IMG/VR virus record: IMGVR_UViG_3300006217_000202 | Location: 1 to 37,518 of that record | Direction: 5' to 3' (one strand) | DNA: 37,518 bases | Source: a virus | Shown: positions 1 through 8,175 of the stretch, one piece after another | How the letters are laid out: each line of letters begins with the position of its first letter | How positions within the stretch are numbered: position 1 is the first letter of the stretch | Translations under genes and position numbers: made by a program | The notes under the pieces: generated by a model | What the model was told of the DNA's origin: nothing | Database searches by the model: none | What the model saw: the letters and a program-made list of their open reading frames with translations, nothing else

Positions 1-77
1 CCAAAAGAATAACAAACAAAATAACAAATGGCTAAACAGTACACTATCGAAAACGTCGAGGATTTGCGCAAGAAAAT
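1..77 (+). repeat. Terminal direct repeat, copy 1 (circular-assembly overlap)
   Basis: Bases 1-77 (ccaaaagaataacaaac...gcaagaaaat) are identical to 37442-37518. Confidence 0.95.
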
Positions 78-273
78 CAACCGCGACTACCCCATACGCC
101 TAACCTTTCCAAAGGAGCGCAAACGCATCGTGGTAGGCTTTACAAAGTTTTGCGAAATGGTGGGCGACCTGCGCGCCGAGCATTACAGCCGCAAAGCATT
201 AAAGAGCTACGACCATGCACCCCAGTTCAAAGGACAGGCGGGCCGTTTGATAGTGACTTTTTACCCACGTTGA
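28..273 (+). CDS. Hypothetical early protein; first gene of the rightward operon, divergent from the repressor
   Basis: 81-aa ORF with an A-rich G-poor leader, at the head of a long co-directional gene string. Confidence 0.6.
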   Translation: MAKQYTIENVEDLRKKINRDYPIRLTFPKERKRIVVGFTKFCEMVGDLRAEHYSRKALKSYDHAPQFKGQAGRLIVTFYPR

Positions 274-308
274 AAAGCCCTATAGTATGACACGCAACAA
301 GTATAAAG

Positions 309-515
309 ATGGAAAAGACAAAAGTAACAAGCGACGCACTGCGCAAAATGGAGGTAGGGCAAACTATCACATTTAACCTACCGGACGCGGACGCGATAAA
401 CAGCGGTAAGGCTATAGCGTACCGTCTGCAAAATTCATTACGCTGCAAGTTCCGGGCCTTATCGGATTACGCTAACAATCGGTTAACGATTACTAAACAC
501 GCACTGGAACTATGA
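309..515 (+). CDS. Hypothetical early protein
   Basis: 68-aa ORF whose stop overlaps the next start (ATGA at 512-515). Confidence 0.55.
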   Translation: MEKTKVTSDALRKMEVGQTITFNLPDADAINSGKAIAYRLQNSLRCKFRALSDYANNRLTITKHALEL

Positions 516-790
516 CACAGGAGGAAATTAGCCAATTAGCATTTGCCATAAGCAAAAATTTAATGGTATGCCAAAAGGAAATTTTAACCTTAGACGAGGC
601 GGCCCAGTACACCGGAATGACACCCAGCGCACTTTATAAACTGACCTCTACCCGAAAGATACCATTTTCAAAGCCTAACGGAAAAAATTGCTTTTTCAAA
701 CGCACCGAGTTAGAGGCATGGCTAATGAGCAATCCGGTAGCCACTGCCGACGAACTTAACGGCCACGCACAGGCATACTGCATGAAGTAA
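512..790 (+). CDS. Helix-turn-helix DNA-binding protein (excisionase / AlpA / MerR-like HTH_17 type)
   Basis: The segment LTLDEAAQYTGMTPSALYKLTSTRKIPFSKPNGKNCFFKRTELEAWL matches the excisionase-family HTH pattern from memory. Confidence 0.65.
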   Translation: MTQEEISQLAFAISKNLMVCQKEILTLDEAAQYTGMTPSALYKLTSTRKIPFSKPNGKNCFFKRTELEAWLMSNPVATADELNGHAQAYCMK

Positions 791-812
791 CCAACTTAAT
801 AAAGTTTACTAT

Positions 813-1220
813 ATGAATTTAGATTTTAACATTAACGTGCAAATAGGCATTACGCCGCAATTAGCGACGTTACTAACTGCCATTTTGCAGAGCCGCCCGG
901 TAGCCCCGGCGCAGCTTCCGGCGATCGAGGCACCGGTACAGCAGCCCGAAAAGCCGCTAACCGAAGAAGATATTAGGACCTGTATGCACCGCACGCGCCA
1001 ACGCTTTGAGGGCGAGGACTACAAAGAAAATACTGCCGGCGAGGGTTACAAGAAATACCACGAGCAGCTAACAGGCGAATTTAAGCGTATCGCCGCTATA
1101 CTGGGCGCGGATAAGCCCAGCGCGTTACCTGTCGAACAGAGAGCCGCATTTATCGCCGAGTGCGAAGCACTCATAATCGGCGAGGACGGAAACATTACAC
1201 CCCCCCCAGCGCCATTCTAA
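813..1220 (+). CDS. Hypothetical protein
   Basis: 135-aa ORF. A C8 run at 1200-1207 is read in frame as PPP. Confidence 0.6.
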   Translation: MNLDFNINVQIGITPQLATLLTAILQSRPVAPAQLPAIEAPVQQPEKPLTEEDIRTCMHRTRQRFEGEDYKENTAGEGYKKYHEQLTGEFKRIAAILGADKPSALPVEQRAAFIAECEALIIGEDGNITPPPAPF

Positions 1221-1231
1221 ATAGCTAAGTT

Positions 1232-2389
1232 ATGCCCGGACAACACGCATTATTATCGCCGTCGGCGGCTCATAGGTGGATGCACTGCACCGCCGCCCCA
1301 CGGCTGGAGGCTACGGCCCCGGATAGCGAAAGCACCTACGCGCAGGAGGGTACATTAGCGCACGCATACTGCGCCAAAAAGCTAAAATCCTTTTTCGGAC
1401 TTGACACCAAGCACGAAGATAAGGAGATAGCCGAACTTAACGACCAGTACCATACCGGCGAAATGGATGAGTACACCGACACCTACAAAACTATCGTGCT
1501 GGAGAAGTTTAACGCCGCCCGGACGATCACAAAGGACGCGCAGCTACTTATTGAGATACGGTTAGATTTTTCGGAGTATGTGCCGGAAGCGTTTGGCACT
1601 TCCGACGCTACCATAATCGCCGACGGCCTCATGGAAGTTATCGACTTTAAATATGGCAAAGGCGTGCGCGTGTCTGCCGTCGATAATGAGCAAATGAAAA
1701 TCTACGCACTGGGCGCATACCTCAAACATAGTTTTGAGTACCGCATAGACCGTGTGCGTATGACGATCGTACAGCCGCGCATCGACAATTTAAGTGAGTT
1801 TGAAATGTCGGTTAGTGATCTACTGGCATGGGCCGAGAATGAACTACGCCCCAAAGCTGTAGAGGCATTTAGCGGCGAGGGTGAGCAGAACCCCGGCGAG
1901 TGGTGCCAGTTCTGCCGCGTGAAATGTGGGTGCAAAGCACTGGCCGAAAAGTGTACCACAATCGCACAGGGAAACCCCGACCCCGGATTACTCACACCTA
2001 AGAAAATGGCAGCCGACATCCTGCCGTGGCTGGCTATCATAAAATCGTGGGTGTCGAGTATGGAGGACTACGCGCTACAACAGGCGTTAGCCGGTGTAAG
2101 CTATCCCGGCTATAAGTTAGTCGAGGGACGCAGTAACCGAAAAATCACCGACGACAAAGCCGTTATCGCTCTACTATCCAAAGAGGGCTACGACGAAAGC
2201 GAGTACATGAAGCCGGCCGTTTTGTGCGGTATCGGCGACCTTGAAAAGCTGGTAGGCAAAAAGCGGTTAGCCGCTATCTGCGCGGACTATATCACCAAGC
2301 CGCAGGGCAAACCGACACTAACCACAGCCGACGACAAACGCCCGGCGTACAACGCCGCAGCGGACGATTTTAACGACATCGACGTATAA
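1232..2389 (+). CDS. PD-(D/E)XK nuclease, DUF2800 / Cas4-like
   Basis: N-terminal LSPSAAHRWMHC, a VIDFKYGKG (D-x-K) motif and a C-terminal Cys cluster CQFCRVKCGC. Sits in the usual DUF2800-DUF2815-PolA gene order. Confidence 0.75.
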   Translation: MPGQHALLSPSAAHRWMHCTAAPRLEATAPDSESTYAQEGTLAHAYCAKKLKSFFGLDTKHEDKEIAELNDQYHTGEMDEYTDTYKTIVLEKFNAARTITKDAQLLIEIRLDFSEYVPEAFGTSDATIIADGLMEVIDFKYGKGVRVSAVDNEQMKIYALGAYLKHSFEYRIDRVRMTIVQPRIDNLSEFEMSVSDLLAWAENELRPKAVEAFSGEGEQNPGEWCQFCRVKCGCKALAEKCTTIAQGNPDPGLLTPKKMAADILPWLAIIKSWVSSMEDYALQQALAGVSYPGYKLVEGRSNRKITDDKAVIALLSKEGYDESEYMKPAVLCGIGDLEKLVGKKRLAAICADYITKPQGKPTLTTADDKRPAYNAAADDFNDIDV

Positions 2390-2411
2390 CAACCAAATCA
2401 ATAACAACAGT

Positions 2412-2966
2412 ATGATTACACCAAAAGTAACAGACAACAAAGTAGTTTTCGGCCCCTGCCGATTGAGCTACACCCATGTATTTAGCAAATACAACCCCGA
2501 CGGCGATGACAAGAACGCCAAGTACATGACTAACGTACTTATCCCTGCCACTGAAAAGGAAACCATCGCTGCAATCAAAAAAGCTATAGAGGCGGCTAAG
2601 GCTTCCGGCATCGTATCGAAGTGGGGCGGCAAAGAACCTAAAAAACTTGACCTGCCGCTGCGTGACGGCGACGACAAAGACGACGAGGTATATGCCGGTA
2701 TGCTCTACGTCAACGCCAAGAGCAGCACGCGTCCTGGTATCGTCGACCGCAACAAAGCGCCCATCGTTGACGAGGAAGAAATCTACAGCGGCGTTTGGGC
2801 TATCGTGTCGGTCACTTTCTACCCCTACGACACAAACGGAAATCGCGGCGTAGCGTGCGGCCTCAACAACATTATGAAGTTTAAGGACGACGAAAAGCTG
2901 GGCGGCCGGTCAAGTGCCGAAAGCGATTTTGCCGACATCGACAACGAGGACGACGAAGACCTGTAA
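2412..2966 (+). CDS. ssDNA-binding protein, DUF2815 type, with acidic C-terminal tail
   Basis: N-terminal VFGPCRLSYTHVF, an acidic tail SDFADIDNEDDEDL, and a position between the DUF2800 nuclease and PolA. Confidence 0.7.
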   Translation: MITPKVTDNKVVFGPCRLSYTHVFSKYNPDGDDKNAKYMTNVLIPATEKETIAAIKKAIEAAKASGIVSKWGGKEPKKLDLPLRDGDDKDDEVYAGMLYVNAKSSTRPGIVDRNKAPIVDEEEIYSGVWAIVSVTFYPYDTNGNRGVACGLNNIMKFKDDEKLGGRSSAESDFADIDNEDDEDL

Positions 2967-2989
2967 ACCAAAACCAATCACTAACATAA

Positions 2990-3019
2990 TACCCCTACCG
3001 GCTATGCGCCGGGGGGGTA
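2990..3019 (+). terminator. Hairpin downstream of the SSB gene (possible terminator)
   Basis: TACCCCTACCGGC / loop TATGC / GCCGGGGGGGGTA imperfect stem. There is no strong T-run after it. Confidence 0.35.
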
Positions 3020-3037
3020 TCTAAAACAACAAAACCA

Positions 3038-3217
3038 ATGAAAGCAAAAAAGATAGTTTACATAATCGGCGCAGTAGCGTGCAGCACACTGGCTATCATA
3101 TTCCGCACTGTCGCCCTGCCTATCGCGCTGGCATACGACGCGCTCGACGCAATGGCTAACACCTCTAACGAGGCTACCGACCAACTGTTAGAAAAAATCA
3201 AGCCCGGCCATGAGTAA
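3038..3217 (+). CDS. Small membrane protein (59 aa, below the ORF-track cutoff)
   Basis: Hand translation: MKAKKIVYIIGAVACSTLAIIFRTVALPIALAYDALDAMANTSNEATDQLLEKIKPGHE. One hydrophobic helix; the stop overlaps the next ATG. Confidence 0.45.
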   Translation: MKAKKIVYIIGAVACSTLAIIFRTVALPIALAYDALDAMANTSNEATDQLLEKIKPGHE

Positions 3218-3427
3218 CGAAGTAGCACCCCCCCCTGTAAGACTTACAGCGCGGAAGCCTTTGAGATAGAAAAGAACGCTAAAAATAAGGCGTACACTTT
3301 TATAATCGCCTGTGGCCTATTGGATAAATACCATGAGTTTTGCCAAAAGTTTGCCGACATCGACGACTGGCACGCAGCCGCAGTAATGCTATTAGAAAAG
3401 GCCGCCGCAGATAAACAGTTAAAATGA
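3210..3427 (+). pseudogene. Small ORF interrupted at a C8 run (needs a -1 shift or a C9 run to give about 72 aa)
   Basis: ATG at 3210 reads MSNEVAPPP and then stops at 3267-3269. The frame open from 3218 to the stop at 3425-3427 reads ...KTYSAEAFEIEKNAKNKAYTFIIACGLLDKYHEFCQKFADIDDWHAAAVMLLEKAAADKQLK but has no upstream start. The two frames meet in the C8 run at 3228-3235. Confidence 0.45.
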
Positions 3428-5376
3428 AAGAATTAGGCATAGACATAGAAACGTATAGCAGCCGCGATTTGTCTAAATGCGGTGTGTATAAGTACGTCGA
3501 GGCCCCGGACTTTGCGGTATTGCTTTTTGCGTACAGCGTGGATAACGGCCCGGTATCGTGCGTGGACTTTGCGCAGGGCGAGGAATTGCCCGACGACATA
3601 TTAAACGCACTGGCAGACCCGGACGTAATAAAAACCGCATGGAACGCCGCATTTGAGCGCATCTGCCTTAGTAAGCATTTCGGACTTAGCCGACCTTTTG
3701 ACCCGGCACAGTGGAAATGCACTATGGTACGCGCCGCCCGAATGGGTTTACCCCTGTCACTGGGTCAGTGCGGCGAAGTGCTTAAACTGGCTGACGGCAA
3801 AATGGCCGAGGGTAAGACGCTTATACGCTTTTTTTCTATGCCGGGCCGTAATGGAGTGCGTCACCTGCCGAGTGCCGCGCCCGACCGCTGGGACACGTTC
3901 AAACGCTACTGCATACGCGACGTGGAGGTAGAACAGGCGTTATTAGCCAAAGTGCGCCGCCTTGAGGCTGTCGAGTTTGACGAACAGCTTTATATAGCCG
4001 ACCAAGAAATTAACGACCGGGGCGTACTTATCGACCGTGTACTGGTGGATAACGCCGCACGCTTCGACATCGAGTATAAAGCCGAACTACTAAAAGAGGC
4101 GCAGCAGATAACCGGCATGGAAAACCCTAACAGCGCGGCACAGATTAAAGAGTATTTGAAACGCACGACCGGGTTAGCGTTTGCCAGTATCAATAAAAAG
4201 AACATCGACGAAATCGAGGACGCATTAACCTACTGGCCCAAAGCACGCCGGGTTATGGCTCTACGCCGTGAAATGGCTAAGACCTCTAACAAGAAGTACG
4301 AAGCTATGCAAACGTGCGTGTGTGACGACGGACGCATACACGGACTATTACAATTTTGCGGAGCTGCGCGTACTGGCCGCTGGGCCGGTAGGCTGGTGCA
4401 AATACAAAACCTGCCGCAAAATCATTTAGCCGATTTGGACTACGCCCGGACGCTGGTAAAAGCCGGTGATTTGGAAGAGTTTGAAATGAACTACGCCAAC
4501 GTCACACAGGTATTAAGCGAATTGATACGCACGGCGTTTGTCGCCTCACCCGGTAATATTTTCCACGTCTGCGACTTTTCCGCTATCGAGGCCCGCGTAA
4601 TTGCATGGATAGCCGGGGAAAACTGGGTGCTGGACGTATTCCGCGAGGGCGGCGACATCTATTGTGCTACCGCGTCGCGTATGTTTGGTGTACCTGTCGA
4701 GAAGCACGGCCGAAACGCCCACCTACGCCAAAAGGGTAAAATATCCGTACTGGCGTTAGGCTTCGGCGGCGGCGTGTCGGCATTAGAGGCTATGGGCGGC
4801 TCTAAAATGGGGCTAACCGAATATGAGGAAAAGCAGACAGTACGCCAGTGGCGCGACGCAAACCCCCATACCGTAAGACTGTGGGCGGTGGTGGAAAAAG
4901 CCGCTATTACCGCTATCAAAACCGGCAATACCGTGACGATACACCGAGGTATAGCCGTCGGCTTCCGCTGGGGTATGCTACTTATAACCCTGCCGTCGGG
5001 CCGCACGCTTTGTTACCCACGCGCCCGGGTGAACATGGAATATAACGACGGCTGGCGCGGCGACCACGAAATTATAGAGTACGAGGGCATGAACCAAACT
5101 ACGAAAAAATGGGAAGTGACCCGGACATACGGCGGTAAGTTAACCGAGAATATCGTACAGGCTACCGCACGCGACATATTAGGCATCGTTATGCTACGCG
5201 CCAAAGCCGCCGACCTGCCGATAGTGTTTCACATCCACGACGAGATAGTAGTAGAAACGCCCATAAGCCGACCGCTGGCCGACGTAGAGGCACTATTTAG
5301 CGAGCCGATAGACTGGTGCCGCGATTTGCCCCTAAAAGGTGCCGGGTACAGCACGCCGTACTACCTCAAAGATTAA
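3424..5376 (+). CDS. Family-A DNA polymerase with N-terminal 3'-5' exonuclease domain
   Basis: Exo motif GIDIETYS, a C-terminal HDEIVVE motif, 650 aa, DUF2800/DUF2815 neighbourhood. Confidence 0.85.
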   Translation: MKELGIDIETYSSRDLSKCGVYKYVEAPDFAVLLFAYSVDNGPVSCVDFAQGEELPDDILNALADPDVIKTAWNAAFERICLSKHFGLSRPFDPAQWKCTMVRAARMGLPLSLGQCGEVLKLADGKMAEGKTLIRFFSMPGRNGVRHLPSAAPDRWDTFKRYCIRDVEVEQALLAKVRRLEAVEFDEQLYIADQEINDRGVLIDRVLVDNAARFDIEYKAELLKEAQQITGMENPNSAAQIKEYLKRTTGLAFASINKKNIDEIEDALTYWPKARRVMALRREMAKTSNKKYEAMQTCVCDDGRIHGLLQFCGAARTGRWAGRLVQIQNLPQNHLADLDYARTLVKAGDLEEFEMNYANVTQVLSELIRTAFVASPGNIFHVCDFSAIEARVIAWIAGENWVLDVFREGGDIYCATASRMFGVPVEKHGRNAHLRQKGKISVLALGFGGGVSALEAMGGSKMGLTEYEEKQTVRQWRDANPHTVRLWAVVEKAAITAIKTGNTVTIHRGIAVGFRWGMLLITLPSGRTLCYPRARVNMEYNDGWRGDHEIIEYEGMNQTTKKWEVTRTYGGKLTENIVQATARDILGIVMLRAKAADLPIVFHIHDEIVVETPISRPLADVEALFSEPIDWCRDLPLKGAGYSTPYYLKD

Positions 5377-5416
5377 GAAACCCCACAAAACGCAAATAAA
5401 GCCCCATACGCGCACA

Positions 5417-5474
5417 GAGATAACAAACATAGTAAAAGTATCACCCGAACCCCGAAACGCGCTTAAATCGAAAA
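5417..5474 (+). repeat. Conserved 58-bp intergenic element, copy A
   Basis: gagataacaaacatagtaaaagtatcacccgaaccccgaaacgcgcttaaatcgaaaa matches 21354-21411 at 55 of 58 positions. Confidence 0.9.
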
Positions 5475-5502
5475 TTTGAAAATAATTTAACATTTGTTTA
5501 CA

Positions 5503-6318
5503 ATGGAAGCAAACAAGCCAAAAGTTTTACAGACACAGGTAGGCGGCGACCACTACGCCAAATACCCCATCCAGCCCATCGAGTACATACACGCTAATAA
5601 GCTCGATTTTGAGCAGGGCAATATCGTGAAGTTAATAACTCGCTTCCGCGATAAAGACGGCGCACAGGATTTGCGCAAAATCAAGCAATACGCCGACATC
5701 CTGTTAGCACTGGAGTACGGCGAGGACACCGCCCCGGAACCTACCGCCGTAGCGTTAGACCTCACCCCGGCCGACGGCGTGTATATCGTCACCAAAGACG
5801 GCCGCGCCGACAAGTTCACCGGTACTAACCTAATACTCGACTGCGATAACCCGGTTATCGGTATCGGTGTAAAGCAGGGCGACCGCGCCGTAGTGGTAGC
5901 ACTCACCGACGCGGCCGGAGGTAAGGACATAACACTAACCACCAATGGGGACACCACCGCCTACGACGGCTATATACCCGAATATATCGACGCGGTAGCC
6001 GACTGGAACGGAAAGGCTAACACCGACCACCTGCGCGAAATCGGCCTTAATCCGGCTATCAATCTCAAAGACGGCGAGTATATACCCAGCGTCGGCGAAA
6101 TGTATTTGATCTATACCTACCGCAAAGAGATTAACGCGGCCCTGCGTCACGTCGGCGGCCAAGAGATACCCGGCAAATGGTACTGGACTTCTACAGAGGG
6201 CAGCGCGGCGACCGCATGGAATCTGAACCTCAACGACGGCGGCCTCGACGCATGGCACACTAAGGCCAGCGACAAGGGCAGAGTGCGCCCGGTTTCAGCA
6301 TTTAATTTCAACCGTTAA
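5503..6318 (+). CDS. DUF3310-like N-terminal domain fused to a DUF1566-like (Lcl C-terminal type) domain
   Basis: N-terminus GGDHYAKYPIQPIEYI...FEQGNIVKLITRFRDKDGAQDLRKIKQYADIL. C-terminus YWTSTEGSAATAWNLNLNDGG...KGRVRPVSAF. ATG 5503 is preferred over TTG 5494. Confidence 0.6.
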   Translation: MEANKPKVLQTQVGGDHYAKYPIQPIEYIHANKLDFEQGNIVKLITRFRDKDGAQDLRKIKQYADILLALEYGEDTAPEPTAVALDLTPADGVYIVTKDGRADKFTGTNLILDCDNPVIGIGVKQGDRAVVVALTDAAGGKDITLTTNGDTTAYDGYIPEYIDAVADWNGKANTDHLREIGLNPAINLKDGEYIPSVGEMYLIYTYRKEINAALRHVGGQEIPGKWYWTSTEGSAATAWNLNLNDGGLDAWHTKASDKGRVRPVSAFNFNR

Positions 6319-6335
6319 ACTTTATTCTTTACACT

Positions 6336-6357
6336 TTGCCCGGCGCAAGCCGGGCAA
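6336..6357 (+). terminator. Perfect 9-bp stem hairpin with GCAA loop
   Basis: TTGCCCGGC-GCAA-GCCGGGCAA, 18 nt after the stop at 6318. The T-tract after it is weak. Confidence 0.5.
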
Positions 6358-6376
6358 TTAACACCGATCCGATAAA

Positions 6377-6634
6377 ATGGAAATATACAAACATACTAAC
6401 CGCCGCCGTATGAAAGAAATCGTAAAGCACCTGCGCCTTAAAACCCGGATTAAGGAAAGTGTATTTAATTCCGGGCGCATAGGCTTCGACTACGCCGTAA
6501 AAGTACAGGTTAAGATACTGGGTATATGGGTAACGGTGCGGGCTGAAACGTGCGATTATTCCGACGGCGATACGCGCCCATACATTAAGAACTGCGCCGA
6601 GGAAGTACACCAAGCATTAACCGAAAAAGTCTAA
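6377..6634 (+). CDS. Hypothetical protein
   Basis: 85-aa ORF following the hairpin. Confidence 0.55.
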   Translation: MEIYKHTNRRRMKEIVKHLRLKTRIKESVFNSGRIGFDYAVKVQVKILGIWVTVRAETCDYSDGDTRPYIKNCAEEVHQALTEKV

Positions 6635-6638
6635 CCCT

Positions 6639-6989
6639 ATGGCACGAATAATTAGCGCACTTATAATGCTGGCACTACTGATAGGTGCTATTTGCTGGCT
6701 ACGCTTTTCCGACGAGCATACAATTACGGCGACGGCCTACGGCGTGGAGAAGATCACCAAAACACACGGCGATAAGGACGGATTTAATACCGACGTGTAT
6801 TATTTGCTCACTACCGACCACGGCACCTATCATATCGGCATAGACGGCCTGTTTGCGCATCCGGAATACGCCCAAGCGATACAAGCCGATAGCCTCTACC
6901 AAATAACCGTTATCGGAAAATCTTTTCCGTTTTGGGGTATCTACCCACAAGTAAAAGAACTGCATAAAATAAATACCGCATGGAGATAA
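6639..6989 (+). CDS. Hypothetical membrane-anchored protein
   Basis: N-terminal hydrophobic helix IISALIMLALLIGAICWL; 116 aa. Confidence 0.55.
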   Translation: MARIISALIMLALLIGAICWLRFSDEHTITATAYGVEKITKTHGDKDGFNTDVYYLLTTDHGTYHIGIDGLFAHPEYAQAIQADSLYQITVIGKSFPFWGIYPQVKELHKINTAWR

Positions 6990-7234
6990 TAAAGCAACCC
7001 ATACCAAACTGCGCGTATGATACTACCCTGTACGCTATGACCGTCAAAGAGGCTGAAATCGTTTTGCCGTTGGTTAAGCGTGAATATAACCACGCCTTAA
7101 AAATGGTGGAACACTATAAAGACCTAACGATGGACGGGTACGGCACAGATCGCCAAACTACCGCACTAATGAAATGGGAACGTAAAGTAGAAACATTAAC
7201 GGATATTCTTAACTACATTGACAATACATTATGA
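6980..7234 (+). CDS. Hypothetical protein
   Basis: 84-aa ORF overlapping both neighbours (ATGA at 7231-7234). Confidence 0.55.
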   Translation: MEIIKQPIPNCAYDTTLYAMTVKEAEIVLPLVKREYNHALKMVEHYKDLTMDGYGTDRQTTALMKWERKVETLTDILNYIDNTL

Positions 7235-8175
7235 TCGTACTAAGCCTATTTGACGGTATGAGCTGCGGACGTATAGCCCTGCAAGAGTTAGGCATACCGG
7301 TAACAAAATATTATGCCAGTGAAGTAGATAAATTTGCCATACAAAACACTATGGCAAATTTCCCCGATACTATCCAACTGGGCGACGTGCGTAACATAGA
7401 CGGCCGCGCATTAGGTCATGTAGATATGCTAATAGGCGGCTCACCGTGCCAGTCTTTTAGCTTTGCTGGTAAGCGCGCCGGGATGAGTACCACCGAAAAG
7501 GTAGAAATATACACCCTGTCGAGGTACTTAGAACTTAAAAACGCCGGGGTGCAGTTTGAGGGGCAAAGTTACCTATTTTGGGAATATATGCGCATACTTA
7601 ACGAGCTGCGCGAAACTAACCCTAATATCCTATTTTTACTTGAAAATGTGGAAATGGGTAAAAAATGGGAAAAGGTTTTATCGGATGCCATCGGAGTAGT
7701 AGGCGTACACATAAATAGTGCGCTGGTATCTGCGCAAACACGAAAACGCATCTACTGGACTAACATTCGCACCCGACACGGTGGTACATTATTCGATACG
7801 ACTATATACGCCGACATACCCCAGCCCGACGATAGGGAACTATACCTAAAAGACATTACAGAGGATAGCGTACCCGAAAAATACTATCTGAAAGATGAAA
7901 CCGTGCAGACCCTATTAGGCTATAACGAAAGAAACGCAGCCGCCGGTAACGGCTTCCGCGCTAAATTCCACGAGGGGGAAATGCAGCACCCTAACTGCCG
8001 GAGGCAAATACACGCGCGATTTGGTAATAGTCAGACAATAGTTAACCCATACCTCAAAAATGGCGGCGGCTTAAAATTCAATAGCAGCGGTAAAGTACCG
8101 TGCATAACGGCTACCTATAGTAACGGTTATGATGGATTTGGCACCCGACCCTATATCTTAGAAAATGGAGAATGA
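7231..8175 (+). CDS. C5-cytosine DNA methyltransferase, N-terminal part (motifs I-VIII plus part of the variable region)
   Basis: LFDGMSCG (motif I), GGSPCQSFSFAGKR (motif IV, PCQ), LLENV (motif VI), QTRKRIYW (motif VIII). The ORF stops at 8173-8175 before motifs IX and X. Confidence 0.8.
   Translation: MIVLSLFDGMSCGRIALQELGIPVTKYYASEVDKFAIQNTMANFPDTIQLGDVRNIDGRALGHVDMLIGGSPCQSFSFAGKRAGMSTTEKVEIYTLSRYLELKNAGVQFEGQSYLFWEYMRILNELRETNPNILFLLENVEMGKKWEKVLSDAIGVVGVHINSALVSAQTRKRIYWTNIRTRHGGTLFDTTIYADIPQPDDRELYLKDITEDSVPEKYYLKDETVQTLLGYNERNAAAGNGFRAKFHEGEMQHPNCRRQIHARFGNSQTIVNPYLKNGGGLKFNSSGKVPCITATYSNGYDGFGTRPYILENGE

Noticed and set aside
5494-5502. TTG start for the DUF3310-like gene, as used in the ORF track.
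   Set aside because: ATG 5503 follows 9 nt later. It makes the spacer 126 nt, the same length as the homologous spacer before the major tail gene.
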